A DNA stretch of 64,000 nucleotides from Flavobacteriales bacterium (GCA_017620815.1 JAGAUI010000035.1:11632-75631), one strand, 5' to 3'. Counted from the first letter of the stretch, positions 19,134 to 29,465 are shown. The notes: generated from the letters alone by a model not told the origin. Numbers and translations: made by a program.

Positions 19134-20597
19134 TTATTCTGTGATGGTTTTATAGTAATTCTTTAATTCTTCTAGGTCGTCAAAATGTGTACGTATGCCT
19201 TTTACTTCTTGGTAGGTTTCATGCCCCTTTCCTGCTACGAGTATAATGTCTCCTGCTCGTGAAGTCATACAGGCTGTGCGTATGGCTTGGGCTCTGTCTG
19301 GTATGGTAACAACGCGAGAATAGTGAGAGGGTGGTACGCCATCGTTCATCTGCTGGAGAATGTCCATAGGCTCTTCGCTGCGGGGATTATCGGTGGTGAG
19401 GATAGTCTGGGAGGCTCCCTGTGAGGCAATGGATGCCATGATGGGTCTTTTTTCCTTGTCCCTATCTCCTCCACAACCCACCACGATGGTGAATGTCTCG
19501 TTCTGTGTACGCATCTGATTTATAGTCTTGATGACGTTCTCCAGAGCATCTGGTGTGTGTGCATAGTCCACTATACATATCACTCCCGATGGCGATATCC
19601 AAGTCTCAAAACGCCCACGCACGCCCTTCTGCATAGAAAGAGCTTCGAGAACTTTTACAGGTTCTTCGCCAAGCATTATAGCCGTCGCATATACTGCTAG
19701 AGAGTTGTAAGCATTGAAACGTCCTGTGAGTGGAAGGTGAGTCTCTCTGCCATCTATCGTTAGCCACATACCACTGAAACTTTCTTCTAGTATCTTGCAC
19801 TTGAAATCTGCTAGGCGAGTGAGCGAATATGTCCTCTTGTGGGCACGGGTGTTCTGGAGCATAAATGAACCGTTGCGGTCATCTGCATTGACCAGAGCAA
19901 AAGCGTCTTTATGCAAGCCATCAAAGAGTAGTTTTTTGGCGTCTCGATATGCAGCAAATGTATGGTGATAGTCTAGATGGTCGTGTGTAAGGTTTGAAAA
20001 TATAGCCCCAGCAAATGTTACTCCTGCTACCCTCTTCTGGTCTAGTGCGTGGGAAGATACTTCCATAAAGCAATATGTACAACCTTCCTTTACCATTTGA
20101 CTCATGAGAGAGTTAAGGGTGATGATATCGGGAGTGGTCTGTCGTGCGGGGATTTCCTCTCCTGCCACTATATTCTTAACCGTAGAAAAAAGACCGCACT
20201 TGTATCCCATTGTGGTAAATACTTCGTAGAGAAGAGTAGCGGTAGTAGTCTTGCCGTTGGTGCCTGTAACACCTACCAGTTTCAGTTTTTCTGATGGGTG
20301 GTCATAGTATTCGGCAGCTATAAGACCTAGTGCTAGTGCAGAGTCTGGTACCTTGATATATGTAACATTTTCACGTAGTAGTGAGGGCGTCTTCTCCATA
20401 ACTATCATATCACAACCAGCATCTATGGCACGGTCTATGTAGTTGTGTCCATCTACCTGTGTCCCACATAGTGCTACAAATATGCTACCACGTCTAGCCT
20501 TGCGGCTATCGGCAGTGATGGAAAGCACTTCTTTTTCATAGCCCCCAGCAATGCACTTGTGGGCGACATTACGCAATATGTGTGATAGTGATTTCAT
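19134..20597 (-). CDS. murE: UDP-MurNAc-L-Ala-D-Glu:meso-DAP ligase MurE
   Basis: P-loop [11 protein letters not shown] and the DNPRSE motif typical of DAP-adding MurE. Confidence 0.93.
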   Translation of the reverse strand: MKSLSHILRNVAHKCIAGGYEKEVLSITADSRKARRGSIFVALCGTQVDGHNYIDRAIDAGCDMIVMEKTPSLLRENVTYIKVPDSALALGLIAAEYYDHPSEKLKLVGVTGTNGKTTTATLLYEVFTTMGYKCGLFSTVKNIVAGEEIPARQTTPDIITLNSLMSQMVKEGCTYCFMEVSSHALDQKRVAGVTFAGAIFSNLTHDHLDYHHTFAAYRDAKKLLFDGLHKDAFALVNADDRNGSFMLQNTRAHKRTYSLTRLADFKCKILEESFSGMWLTIDGRETHLPLTGRFNAYNSLAVYATAIMLGEEPVKVLEALSMQKGVRGRFETWISPSGVICIVDYAHTPDALENVIKTINQMRTQNETFTIVVGCGGDRDKEKRPIMASIASQGASQTILTTDNPRSEEPMDILQQMNDGVPPSHYSRVVTIPDRAQAIRTACMTSRAGDIILVAGKGHETYQEVKGIRTHFDDLEELKNYYKTITE

Positions 20598-20599
20598 CT

Positions 20600-22672
20600 T
20601 TATCTGGTAGTAAGTGTTATGGTTTGTCCTTTTTTAAGTTTTGTTCCTTTGACGGGAGATTGAGAGGAGATGATACCTGTGCCTCCGTTTACTTTTACTA
20701 TGTAGCCGTTTTTCTCAAGGGCTTTTACGGCATCTGATACATATGCTCCACGAGTATCTGGCATGGTTTTTATTGAGGCGGAGAACTCTCGTTTTTCTGT
20801 CATTTGTGAGGAAGGTATCTCTATGGAGTTTACCTCTGTGGTAGTGGTGGAATGTATCTCACGTGGTGTAGCACTATAAATGCCGCGGGCTATCGTTTTG
20901 GCTACGGGAGCAGCTATATATCCTCCCGATATAGGCCAACCCTGTGGTTTATATATACATATCACCACCGAATAACGAGGCTCATCATAAGGGAAATATC
21001 CAGCAAATGATACCATGTATTCCATCTTGGCTCCACGACCATAGTTGTACTGTGCTGTACCTGTTTTACCTGCTATGCGTAGTTCTGGGTCGTAACAAGC
21101 ACTATGTGCGGTGCCTCCGCGTTCATCTACCACGCTGCGTAATAAATCCTGAGCGATGTTTATAGTGTTTTGCGAAGCCACCTTGCCTTTAAGGGTAGGA
21201 GTTACGGTTTCTAGAACTTCGCCGTTGCGGCGTACTTCTTGTAGTAGATGAGGTTCTACATATATGCCGTCATTGGCTACAGCGTTGTAGAATGATACTG
21301 TCTGTAGTGGAGTAAGGCGTACCTCATACCCGTATGATGTCCATGGCATAGAAAGTGCACTCCAACTCTGTGTGCCTGGTGTAGGTATGTGTGGAGTAGG
21401 TTCTCCAGCTATATCTATGCCAGATTTTTTATCTAGATACATACGACGCAAGCGGTTCATAAAGTCTTCTGGACGGTCTTTGAATGCTTCGTATGCTAGT
21501 TTTACAGTGGCAGTATTGGATGATTTAACAAATGCTTTGTGGGCAGAGACTACTCCATAGCCTCCTGCTTTATAATCGCGTATCTTGTTCCCGTGAATGG
21601 TTATAACTCCACCTTCGGTGCTTACCTTTTGTGCGGTGTCCATCACGCCTTCCTCTACCATAGCCATAAACGACATGAGCTTAAACGTAGAACCGGGGTC
21701 TGATAGTTCTCCTACTGCGTAGTTCTGTAATTCATAATAATGGCTGGTGTCGCTCTCTAGTCTGGCTAGGTTTACCATAGCACGGATGCCTCCTGTCTTG
21801 ACGTCCATAACTATGGCACAACCGCGTTCTGCTTTCCATTCTTTCATTTTTTCTTCCAGTGCAGCGTGAACCATGTTCTGTGTACGAGCCTCTAGTGTAA
21901 GTACTACGTCTTTGCCATCTACGGGGTCTTTTTTGTTGCCGTCTGCCAGAGGTTTCCATTCGCCTTTTATCTGTTGCATAAGACGTGAGCCTTCTTCGCC
22001 TTTGAGGTATGTGGCATAATATCCTTCTAGACCTACATAAGCATTGGATTCAGATTTTCCTAATACTCTATCGGCCATACCACGCAATGGTGTGATACGT
22101 TTTGAATAGCTCTCTATCTTTACACCGCTGCGTATGGGTGAACGTTTCTGGGTGTAGTGAAAAAATATGGGGAATGTAAGTAGTAGGTCTTTTTCTGTCT
22201 GTGTGATATTGGTAGCGATGGATAGGTGATGGTTGTGATGTGAACGAGCACGGTCAAAATATGACCTCCAACCCTCGGCTGTACGGCGTGGGAAGTATTT
22301 GCCTAGAGAATCACATAGTGCCGATATTTTTTTAACCTCCTTGCCGTCTATAATAGTATCGTTATATACACTGTTTTTTACAAGTGCTATATCCCAATGA
22401 AAATTATAACGCAATACGGTAGAAGCCATAAGATAACCATCGGCAGAATAGATATTCCCCCATCGTGCAGGAACGGGACGCTCCTGTATGACATCTTCTC
22501 TTGCAGCACGCCGCAAATCCTCTCCAGTAAAGACAAAAGATACCATATTCACAGCTATCACTATGAGTATTACAAGTGTAAAAAATGCACATATGAGGAA
22601 CTTAAACAAAGAGAATTTGTTTATGTTTTTATTCTGTACGGTATCTTGCTCTATGTGAGGTGTGGTATCCAT
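20600..22672 (-). CDS. ftsI: Division-specific class B penicillin-binding protein (FtsI/PBP3) with a C-terminal PASTA-like domain
   Basis: N-terminal TM segment. Transpeptidase triad STFK, SSN, KTGT. The last 54 aa (MPDTRGAYVSDAVKALEKNGY...GQTITLTT) fit the PASTA consensus. Confidence 0.9.
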   Translation of the reverse strand: MDTTPHIEQDTVQNKNINKFSLFKFLICAFFTLVILIVIAVNMVSFVFTGEDLRRAAREDVIQERPVPARWGNIYSADGYLMASTVLRYNFHWDIALVKNSVYNDTIIDGKEVKKISALCDSLGKYFPRRTAEGWRSYFDRARSHHNHHLSIATNITQTEKDLLLTFPIFFHYTQKRSPIRSGVKIESYSKRITPLRGMADRVLGKSESNAYVGLEGYYATYLKGEEGSRLMQQIKGEWKPLADGNKKDPVDGKDVVLTLEARTQNMVHAALEEKMKEWKAERGCAIVMDVKTGGIRAMVNLARLESDTSHYYELQNYAVGELSDPGSTFKLMSFMAMVEEGVMDTAQKVSTEGGVITIHGNKIRDYKAGGYGVVSAHKAFVKSSNTATVKLAYEAFKDRPEDFMNRLRRMYLDKKSGIDIAGEPTPHIPTPGTQSWSALSMPWTSYGYEVRLTPLQTVSFYNAVANDGIYVEPHLLQEVRRNGEVLETVTPTLKGKVASQNTINIAQDLLRSVVDERGGTAHSACYDPELRIAGKTGTAQYNYGRGAKMEYMVSFAGYFPYDEPRYSVVICIYKPQGWPISGGYIAAPVAKTIARGIYSATPREIHSTTTTEVNSIEIPSSQMTEKREFSASIKTMPDTRGAYVSDAVKALEKNGYIVKVNGGTGIISSQSPVKGTKLKKGQTITLTTR

Positions 22673-22680
22673 AGACGATG

Positions 22681-22980
22681 TTATTGTTTTTTTATGGTTA
22701 TCTTGTAGGCGGCGTCTTGTGATATCTCAAAACCCTGACTCTGGAAATACTCTAGGTCTCCGCTTTTCATTCTCACTTGTGAGATTTCAGACTGGAGTTC
22801 TACATAGTGAGTGGATAGAGCGTCTTTCTGTGATTTAAGGGAGCGTATCTTGTAAACCTTCTGGTCCATAGAGGCCGACATATATACCATTATGAAAAAC
22901 GAAACACCTACTACGGCTATGGCTTTCCATACGGCTTTGGAAAAATATTCTCCTCTTAGAAATTTGGCTAGACTATTCAT
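22681..22980 (-). CDS. ftsL: FtsL-like small bitopic division protein
   Basis: 99 aa with one TM segment followed by a coiled coil. It sits in the canonical slot between rsmH and ftsI. Confidence 0.7.
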   Translation of the reverse strand: MNSLAKFLRGEYFSKAVWKAIAVVGVSFFIMVYMSASMDQKVYKIRSLKSQKDALSTHYVELQSEISQVRMKSGDLEYFQSQGFEISQDAAYKITIKKQ

Positions 22981-22993
22981 GTGTACTATGTAT

Positions 22994-23893
22994 TTATTTC
23001 TTTTCTCCTATGCGTAGTTTGGCACTACGGGCACGGGAGTTGATATTTATCTCTTCATCGCTAGGGGTGATGACGTGGCGGTTTACAGCTTTCATAGGGC
23101 AAATGATATTCCCATAGAAGTCTTTTTCGGCCTCGCCAGAAAAATTCCCACAACGTATGTAATTTTTAACTAGACGGTCTTCCAGTGAATGATATGATAT
23201 GACAGAAAGACGACCACCGGGGCGTAGAATCTCTCCACTCTGTGATAGGAGCTCTTCTAGAGCGCGCATCTCGTCATTTACCTCTATGCGTAACGCTTGA
23301 AAGACCTGTGATAGTAGGCGGTTTTCTTTTCCGCGAGGAGCAAAGTTTTTAACTAGAGATACCAGCTCCATGGTGCTTTCTAGTGGACGGTTGCGTACTA
23401 TGCGTGATGCTATTTGGCGACTTTCACGCAATTCGCCGTATTTGTATAGAATATCTGCTATCTGGGATTCGTCATAGGTGTTGATGATATCCCCTGCGGT
23501 AATTCCTCCATGAGCATTCATACGCATGTCTAGAGGCCCGTCTTCGCGTATAGAAAATCCGCGGCTAGCAGTATCAAACTGATGTGATGATACTCCCAAA
23601 TCGGCCAATATGCCATCTACTTGAGTGACGCGATGCATACGTAGATAGTTCTTGATGTAGCGGAAATTCTGTGGTATAAGGCAGAAACGAGGGTCGTCTA
23701 TGGCACCTGCTGCGGCGTCGGCGTCTTGGTCAAAGGCAAAAAGGCGACCGTTCTCTCCCAAAAGGGATAGAATATGGCGTGAATGACCTCCTCCGCCGAA
23801 TGTTACATCGACATAAGTGCCATCTGGTATTATGTTAAGTCCCGCTACGGATTCGTGTAGCAGGACAGGTAGGTGATAGCTGTTTTCTGCCAT
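22994..23893 (-). CDS. rsmH: 16S rRNA (cytosine1402-N4)-methyltransferase RsmH
   Basis: YVDVTFGGGGHS, DLGVSSHQFD and SYHSLEDR motifs. Confidence 0.96.
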   Translation of the reverse strand: MAENSYHLPVLLHESVAGLNIIPDGTYVDVTFGGGGHSRHILSLLGENGRLFAFDQDADAAAGAIDDPRFCLIPQNFRYIKNYLRMHRVTQVDGILADLGVSSHQFDTASRGFSIREDGPLDMRMNAHGGITAGDIINTYDESQIADILYKYGELRESRQIASRIVRNRPLESTMELVSLVKNFAPRGKENRLLSQVFQALRIEVNDEMRALEELLSQSGEILRPGGRLSVISYHSLEDRLVKNYIRCGNFSGEAEKDFYGNIICPMKAVNRHVITPSDEEININSRARSAKLRIGEKK

Positions 23894-23895
23894 GA

Positions 23896-24360
23896 TTATA
23901 GGGTGTGTGATGGGTTGTCGCCCATTATGCGTTCTGCCATAGCGGCGTATTGCTCTTCGTCTCTTAATAGTACCTCTTCATAGGATTTCTTATCCCACAT
24001 CTCAAACATTCCATCTCCCACAGGTGAGAGTACTACCTCCTTTTCAATACCAGCCCACTGTGAAAGTTCATATGGGATATTGATGCGGGTAGCGGCATCT
24101 GGGGTGAGGTATTTTACTCCTGCCATAAAACGACGTATGAAGCTGCGGTTTTCTCTCATATATGGATTCAGAGACTGTACACGACTTAGTGCTGCCTCCC
24201 ATTGAGGGGCAGTGTACATCTCTAGGCATCTTTCACTCATGCTCCGGCGTATGTAAAAACCAGAATCAAGAATGGTACCTAGTACCCTCTTAAGCCCGCT
24301 AGGAAGTGCCATACGGCCTTTTGCGTCTATTTTTACTATGTATGTTTCTAGTATTTGCAC
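23896..24360 (-). CDS. mraZ: Transcriptional regulator MraZ
   Basis: Two SpoVT/AbrB-like repeats (KIDAKGRMALPSGL and DAATRINIPYEL), 154 aa, GTG start. It is the first gene of the dcw cluster. Confidence 0.93.
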   Translation of the reverse strand: MQILETYIVKIDAKGRMALPSGLKRVLGTILDSGFYIRRSMSERCLEMYTAPQWEAALSRVQSLNPYMRENRSFIRRFMAGVKYLTPDAATRINIPYELSQWAGIEKEVVLSPVGDGMFEMWDKKSYEEVLLRDEEQYAAMAERIMGDNPSHTL

Positions 24361-24379
24361 GATACGACATTTTACCCTC

Positions 24380-24387
24380 CAAAGTTA
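24380..24387 (-). promoter_or_regulatory. -7 promoter box (TAACTTTG) of the mraZ/dcw operon
   Basis: The reverse complement of caaagtta matches TAnnTTTG. It lies about 20 nt upstream of the mraZ GTG. Confidence 0.55.
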
Positions 24388-24394
24388 CTTATTT

Positions 24395-24423
24395 TTCCCA
24401 TTTCTTCCCACTTTTTCCCACTT
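24395..24423 (-). promoter_or_regulatory. Putative MraZ operator: three direct (A/G)TGGGAA repeats with exact 10-bp phasing
   Basis: The minus strand reads AGTGGGAAAA-AGTGGGAAGA-AATGGGAAAA, immediately upstream of the -7 box. The plus-strand ttccca cores lie at 24395, 24405 and 24415. Confidence 0.65.
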
Positions 24424-24543
24424 ATTATTGTATTAACATAGTTATATTTTTTTAACTATACTGAATGTCTATAACTACCGTTATAAAGTCGTAATTTAGC
24501 AGTCGATACAAGAAGATTAACTAACTATAAAAATTAAGGTCTT

Positions 24544-27168
24544 ATGAAAAGTAAGTTGTTGAAAATAAGTGCGGCAGTGGTGGGGGGAATAGTGCTAGTA
24601 GTGCTAGGTGCGATGATAATAATACCATCTGTATATAAAGACGAGATAATAGATGCAGCACTTAAAGTGGCAGGAGAGAATCTAGATGCACACATAGAGG
24701 TTGAGCCAGAGAATATAGACTTTTCGTTATTTTCATCATTTCCTCATTTTACACTATCGGCTAGTGATATAGCGATAGATGGTGTGGGAGATTTTGAGGG
24801 TGTGCGTCTGGTAGAGGCACGAGAGATATATGCGGTGGTAGATGTGATGAGTGTGTTTTCTGGAACTCCACGCATAGTGAGTGTGGGACTGGATACTCCC
24901 AAGATTAACGTCATAGTGAATAAAAAGGGAAAAGCCAATTATGATATAGCCAAAACTCCATCTGTTGAGGCTCCAGTGGAAGAAGATGATAGTACTGCAA
25001 CATCGGGAGAATTAAATATAGACCTTTCAAAATACGCTATAAGTGATGGTTATGTAAGTTATGTGGACTCTACATCCATGATGGCACTTAAAGTGGCAGG
25101 ACTTAATCACAGCGGAAGCGGTGCTATGCGTAGTGAACGTTTTATGCTTGCCACACGTACGTCTATAGATACTCTTTCATTTGAGATGGAAGGAACCAGA
25201 TATGTCAAGGATGCACATATAAAAGGTTCTATCACTCTGGATATGGATATGGGGGCAATGGTCTTTACCATAGATACAGGTGGCGAAGACTATAATCTGC
25301 ATGTAAACGACATCCCTCTACTATGTGAAGGTAGTATAGCTATGAAGGATAACGGAATGATGGATGTGGATGTACACATAGGTAGTGGAAAGACTTCGTT
25401 TGCATCGCTTTTGGCGATGGTTCCTCCTACATATGCTTCTTATCTGGACGGGGTTAAGACTTCGGGAACATTTGAAATGGATGGTACTATCAAAGGACTT
25501 TACAATTCAAATTCTTTCCCTGCTATAGACATACGTCTTTCTGCTAACGAAGGAGAAATAAAATATCCTTCACTTCCCAAATCTATAAGCGATATATTTA
25601 TAGATATAGCAGTTAAATCTCCACAAAGCTCTTCTCTGGATGCTATGGTGGTGGATATGTCGCGTTGTGATATGAGTGTGGCTGGAGCACCTATCAAGGC
25701 TTCGGCATATCTTGCTACACTTATGAGTGACCCTTATGTGAAAGCTTCGTTGGATGCGGCACTGGATATAGCTACGCTTAAAGATGTGTTGCCTATGGAG
25801 AAAGAAGACAAACTATCTGGTAGAATAGATGCCGATGTGAAGATAGATGGTAATCTTTCAAGTCTAGATAAAGGACTTTATGAAAAATTTGCGGCAAAAG
25901 GTAGTGTGGTACTAGATAAATTTATGTTTGCAGTAGATGATGTTCCTGCTGTTGAAATCCCCCGTGGAGAACTAATACTCACTCCTGCAGCTCTTAAACT
26001 ATCACAACTAGACGTCAAGATGGGAAGTAGCGATTTGTCATTGGCAGGGGATTTGAAGAATTATTTGGGATACTTGCTCAAAGACCAGACTATAAAAGGA
26101 AACCTCAAAATATCTTCTAGTAACATTGATTTGGTAGAATTGATGCCAGAAGAGGAAGAAACGTTAGATGCAGCCGATATAGATAACACAGGAAAAGAAG
26201 CTCCTGCCGAAGGTTCTATGGCGGCTATAAAAATACCATCGCGTATAGATTTTGATACTCGTGTAGATATAAAAGAAGTAGTATATGATGATATAAAGCT
26301 GAATAATATATCTGGAAATCTGGGTATAAAAGATGAGAGAGCATATCTTAAAGGCATACGTACAGATGTAGCCAAGGGTAGTGCTTCGCTGCAAGGAACA
26401 TATGATACATCGGGAGATGGTGATGCACAGATAGATATGGTGTTTGATATAAAAAATGTAGATATACCATCTATGGTGGCGATGTTTGAGAGTGTTAAAA
26501 CATTGGCTCCTATTGCCGAGGATTTGACAGGTAGTGTGAGCGGTCATATAGAACTGGAGACTCCTATAAATGGAAATATGGAACCTGTCTATACGGCTAT
26601 GAATAGTAGAGGAACTCTTTCTACATCGGAACTAAGACTGATGGAAAATAAGATGCTCAAATTTGTAGGTAAAGCATTGGGTGTAAAGGCACTGGAAAAA
26701 GATTCCAAAATAAAAGACCTCAATATGAGTTACACTATTACAGATGGTCGATTGACGATAGCTCCTACTACGTTTGACGTAGCAGGCATAAAAGCTATAC
26801 TGTCTGGTGATATGACTATGGGTGATTTCCAGATGAATATGGTTACAGATATGGTTATACCACGCGATATGCTTTCTGATGAGGTCAATAAGACGATAGA
26901 CAATGCGGTAAATGCGCTTTCATCTGTGGGAGTGAAGACATCTATGGAGGAAAATATAAAGATAGCAGGTGTGGTTACGGGGCCTGCTACGTCGCCAAAA
27001 TATTCGGTGGCATATGGAGAGGAGCATCATACCTCTATCGCAGATTACGTGGCTGGCGAAGTGAAAAAAGCTACTAGTAAGGCAGTAGAAAAAACCAAAG
27101 AGAGTGTCAAGGAAAAGGCTGGAGGGCTATTGAAGGGTTTGTTTGGTAAAAAGGATAAAAATCAGTAG
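24544..27168 (+). CDS. AsmA-like / TamB-like envelope biogenesis protein
   Basis: 874 aa with a single N-terminal TM anchor, a long beta-rich repetitive body and a Lys-rich C-terminus. The assignment rests on overall architecture only. Confidence 0.45.
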   Translation: MKSKLLKISAAVVGGIVLVVLGAMIIIPSVYKDEIIDAALKVAGENLDAHIEVEPENIDFSLFSSFPHFTLSASDIAIDGVGDFEGVRLVEAREIYAVVDVMSVFSGTPRIVSVGLDTPKINVIVNKKGKANYDIAKTPSVEAPVEEDDSTATSGELNIDLSKYAISDGYVSYVDSTSMMALKVAGLNHSGSGAMRSERFMLATRTSIDTLSFEMEGTRYVKDAHIKGSITLDMDMGAMVFTIDTGGEDYNLHVNDIPLLCEGSIAMKDNGMMDVDVHIGSGKTSFASLLAMVPPTYASYLDGVKTSGTFEMDGTIKGLYNSNSFPAIDIRLSANEGEIKYPSLPKSISDIFIDIAVKSPQSSSLDAMVVDMSRCDMSVAGAPIKASAYLATLMSDPYVKASLDAALDIATLKDVLPMEKEDKLSGRIDADVKIDGNLSSLDKGLYEKFAAKGSVVLDKFMFAVDDVPAVEIPRGELILTPAALKLSQLDVKMGSSDLSLAGDLKNYLGYLLKDQTIKGNLKISSSNIDLVELMPEEEETLDAADIDNTGKEAPAEGSMAAIKIPSRIDFDTRVDIKEVVYDDIKLNNISGNLGIKDERAYLKGIRTDVAKGSASLQGTYDTSGDGDAQIDMVFDIKNVDIPSMVAMFESVKTLAPIAEDLTGSVSGHIELETPINGNMEPVYTAMNSRGTLSTSELRLMENKMLKFVGKALGVKALEKDSKIKDLNMSYTITDGRLTIAPTTFDVAGIKAILSGDMTMGDFQMNMVTDMVIPRDMLSDEVNKTIDNAVNALSSVGVKTSMEENIKIAGVVTGPATSPKYSVAYGEEHHTSIADYVAGEVKKATSKAVEKTKESVKEKAGGLLKGLFGKKDKNQ

Positions 27169-27231
27169 TGCTACTCACGCCTTTTTTCACTAATTTAGCA
27201 CCGTCTTAAAAACAGATATATATAAATTTAT

Positions 27232-28113
27232 ATGAGTAAAAACAAAAGAGAGAAATATGAACGTCGCCGTGTGCGTAGCTCATACATATCGGTTACGGCT
27301 AGCACTACGCTCGTACTATTTATACTATCACTCATAGGATTGCTGGTGCTGTCATCAGATAGGCTTTCTCGTCATATAAAAGAGAATTTTGCTGTAGGAC
27401 TTACCATAGAGCCTGGTATCAAGGATACAGACCGCGACCAACTCATAGAGTCATTGCGTATGGCAGACTATGTAAAGGACGTGCGTTATGTGTCCAAAGA
27501 AGACGCTTTGCAAACACTTAAAGATGATTTGGGAGAGGATTTTGTGGAGTTTGTAGGTGAAAATCCATTGAGTGATAAGATAGAGATTTTTATGAAATCC
27601 CAGTATGCCAATAGTGCATATATAGATTCGGTAGGGGTTGCACTTCAGGAAAATCCTATGATACGTTCTATAGAGTACCACCGTTTAATGCTGGATGAGA
27701 TAAATGCCAATATCCGCACCATAGGACTGTGGTTGGTAGCATTTGCAGGACTGTTTCTAGTGGTGTCTATCGTACTTATAAACAACGCTGTAAGACTGGC
27801 TATCTATGCCAAACGTTTTACTATCAAGACTATGCAACTAGTGGGAGCTACGCGTAGCTTTATAAGTGGGCCATTTGTACGTAGAATGATGTGGAATGGT
27901 CTGCTAAGTGCTGTGATAGCATTGGCTTTTATGTCTGGGCTTATATGTTACTTGTATGAGTACCTACCCGAATACCGAGTGGTGATGGATTTCAGTGTGA
28001 TAGGTATCCTGTATGCAGCGGTGGTGATAGTGGCGATACTACTCACTAGCATGTCGGCACATATAGCTGTACGCAAGTTCTTGCGTATGAAAGCCGAAGA
28101 CCTTTATTATTAA
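27232..28113 (+). CDS. ftsX: Cell division permease-like protein FtsX
   Basis: Basic N-terminus, TM1, a periplasmic domain of about 100 aa, then 3 C-terminal TM segments (FtsX fold). 293 aa. Confidence 0.8.
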   Translation: MSKNKREKYERRRVRSSYISVTASTTLVLFILSLIGLLVLSSDRLSRHIKENFAVGLTIEPGIKDTDRDQLIESLRMADYVKDVRYVSKEDALQTLKDDLGEDFVEFVGENPLSDKIEIFMKSQYANSAYIDSVGVALQENPMIRSIEYHRLMLDEINANIRTIGLWLVAFAGLFLVVSIVLINNAVRLAIYAKRFTIKTMQLVGATRSFISGPFVRRMMWNGLLSAVIALAFMSGLICYLYEYLPEYRVVMDFSVIGILYAAVVIVAILLTSMSAHIAVRKFLRMKAEDLYY

Positions 28114-28139
28114 TCTAGAAACAAGCATTTTTAAAATAC

Positions 28140-28382
28140 ATGAAAAAATCACAGAAAAAAGTTCTTTTCACTAGAGAGAATTATATATTGGTAGCAGTGG
28201 GACTAGCGGTTATAATGCTAGGTTTCTTCCTTATGAGTGGAGGTAATAACGATGATGTAACCATCTTTAATCCAGATGTGTTCTCCTCTCGCCGTATATT
28301 TTGGGCACCTCTTATCGTGATTTTGGGATTTGTGATAGAGATAGTGGCTATATTTTATAGCAAAAAAGAAAATAAAGAATAA
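28140..28382 (+). CDS. Small two-TM membrane protein, DUF3098-like
   Basis: 80 aa with FTRENYILVAVGLAVIMLGFFLMSGG. The ftsX / small membrane protein / uppP arrangement is recalled as conserved in Bacteroidota. Confidence 0.55.
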   Translation: MKKSQKKVLFTRENYILVAVGLAVIMLGFFLMSGGNNDDVTIFNPDVFSSRRIFWAPLIVILGFVIEIVAIFYSKKENKE

Positions 28383-28412
28383 TACACTCCCCTGTAAATA
28401 CTTATAAAAAGA

Positions 28413-29258
28413 ATGGATATACTTGATACCATAATTATAGCCATAGTAGAAGGTCTTACTGAGTTTTTACCTGTATCATCTACTGGGCATATGATTATAG
28501 CACAGAATGTGCTAGGTGTGGAAAGCACAGAATTTGTCAAGGCGTTTACTTTTATCATTCAGTTTGGTGCTATACTTTCTGTGCTGGTGCTTTACTGGAA
28601 GAGATTTTTCCGTCTGAACCATAACCCCGCTCCCGAAGGTGCAGGTGCGGTGAAACGTTTTCTACATCGTTTTGATTTTTACTGGAAGCTATTGGTGGCA
28701 TTTGTGCCAGCGGCAGTGCTGGGGCTTCTTTTCAGTGATGCGATAGATGCCATGCTGGAAAGAGTGGAGGTAGTGGCTGTGATGCTTATCATAGGAGGTG
28801 TGTTTATGCTCTTCTGTGATAAAATCTTTAACAAAGGCAGCAGTGATACTCCTCTTACAGAACGACGTGCGTTTATGGTGGGTCTATTCCAATGTATATC
28901 TATGATACCCGGAGTGTCGCGTTCTATGGCGACGATAGTGGGTGGTATGTCCCAGGGAATGACACGCAAGGACGCAGCCGAATTTTCGTTCTTTCTGGCA
29001 GTGCCTACTATGGCAGGTGCGACACTTTACAAGGTGTACAAACTCTTTAGGGAGGGAGGAATGGAACTTATAGAGGGTAATATGATGACGCTTATAGTAG
29101 GCAACGTGGTAGCGTTCATCGTAGCACTATTGGCCATCAAATTCTTTATAAGTTTTGTAACCAAGTATGGATTTAAGGCCTTTGGTTGGTATAGGATAGT
29201 GGTAGGCGGAATAATAATCGCTATGCTGATGGCGGGTCTTGACTTACAGATAGGATAA
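28413..29258 (+). CDS. uppP: Undecaprenyl-diphosphate phosphatase
   Basis: BacA motifs GLTEFLPVSSTGH and PGVSRS, with 8 TM segments. Confidence 0.93.
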   Translation: MDILDTIIIAIVEGLTEFLPVSSTGHMIIAQNVLGVESTEFVKAFTFIIQFGAILSVLVLYWKRFFRLNHNPAPEGAGAVKRFLHRFDFYWKLLVAFVPAAVLGLLFSDAIDAMLERVEVVAVMLIIGGVFMLFCDKIFNKGSSDTPLTERRAFMVGLFQCISMIPGVSRSMATIVGGMSQGMTRKDAAEFSFFLAVPTMAGATLYKVYKLFREGGMELIEGNMMTLIVGNVVAFIVALLAIKFFISFVTKYGFKAFGWYRIVVGGIIIAMLMAGLDLQIG

Positions 29259-29280
29259 GGATTTTAATAACGATAAAAAA

Positions 29281-29308
29281 ACACCCCATCACGATGGGGT
29301 GTTTTTTA
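29281..29308 (+). terminator. Rho-independent terminator after uppP
   Basis: Hairpin acacccca-tcacga-tggggtgt followed by a T-run. Confidence 0.8.
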
Positions 29309-29465
29309 TGGTTTTTTTTGGGGAAAGATGGTAAGATGAAACCCACTTCCCGCCCTTCAAACCCTCGTTATGAACGGGCTATAAATGAGGTTTATTCTAC
29401 ACTTACTCTTAACTCCAACCCTATAATCACTATACTTAAATTTAAGGAATAGTATCATTTATTAT

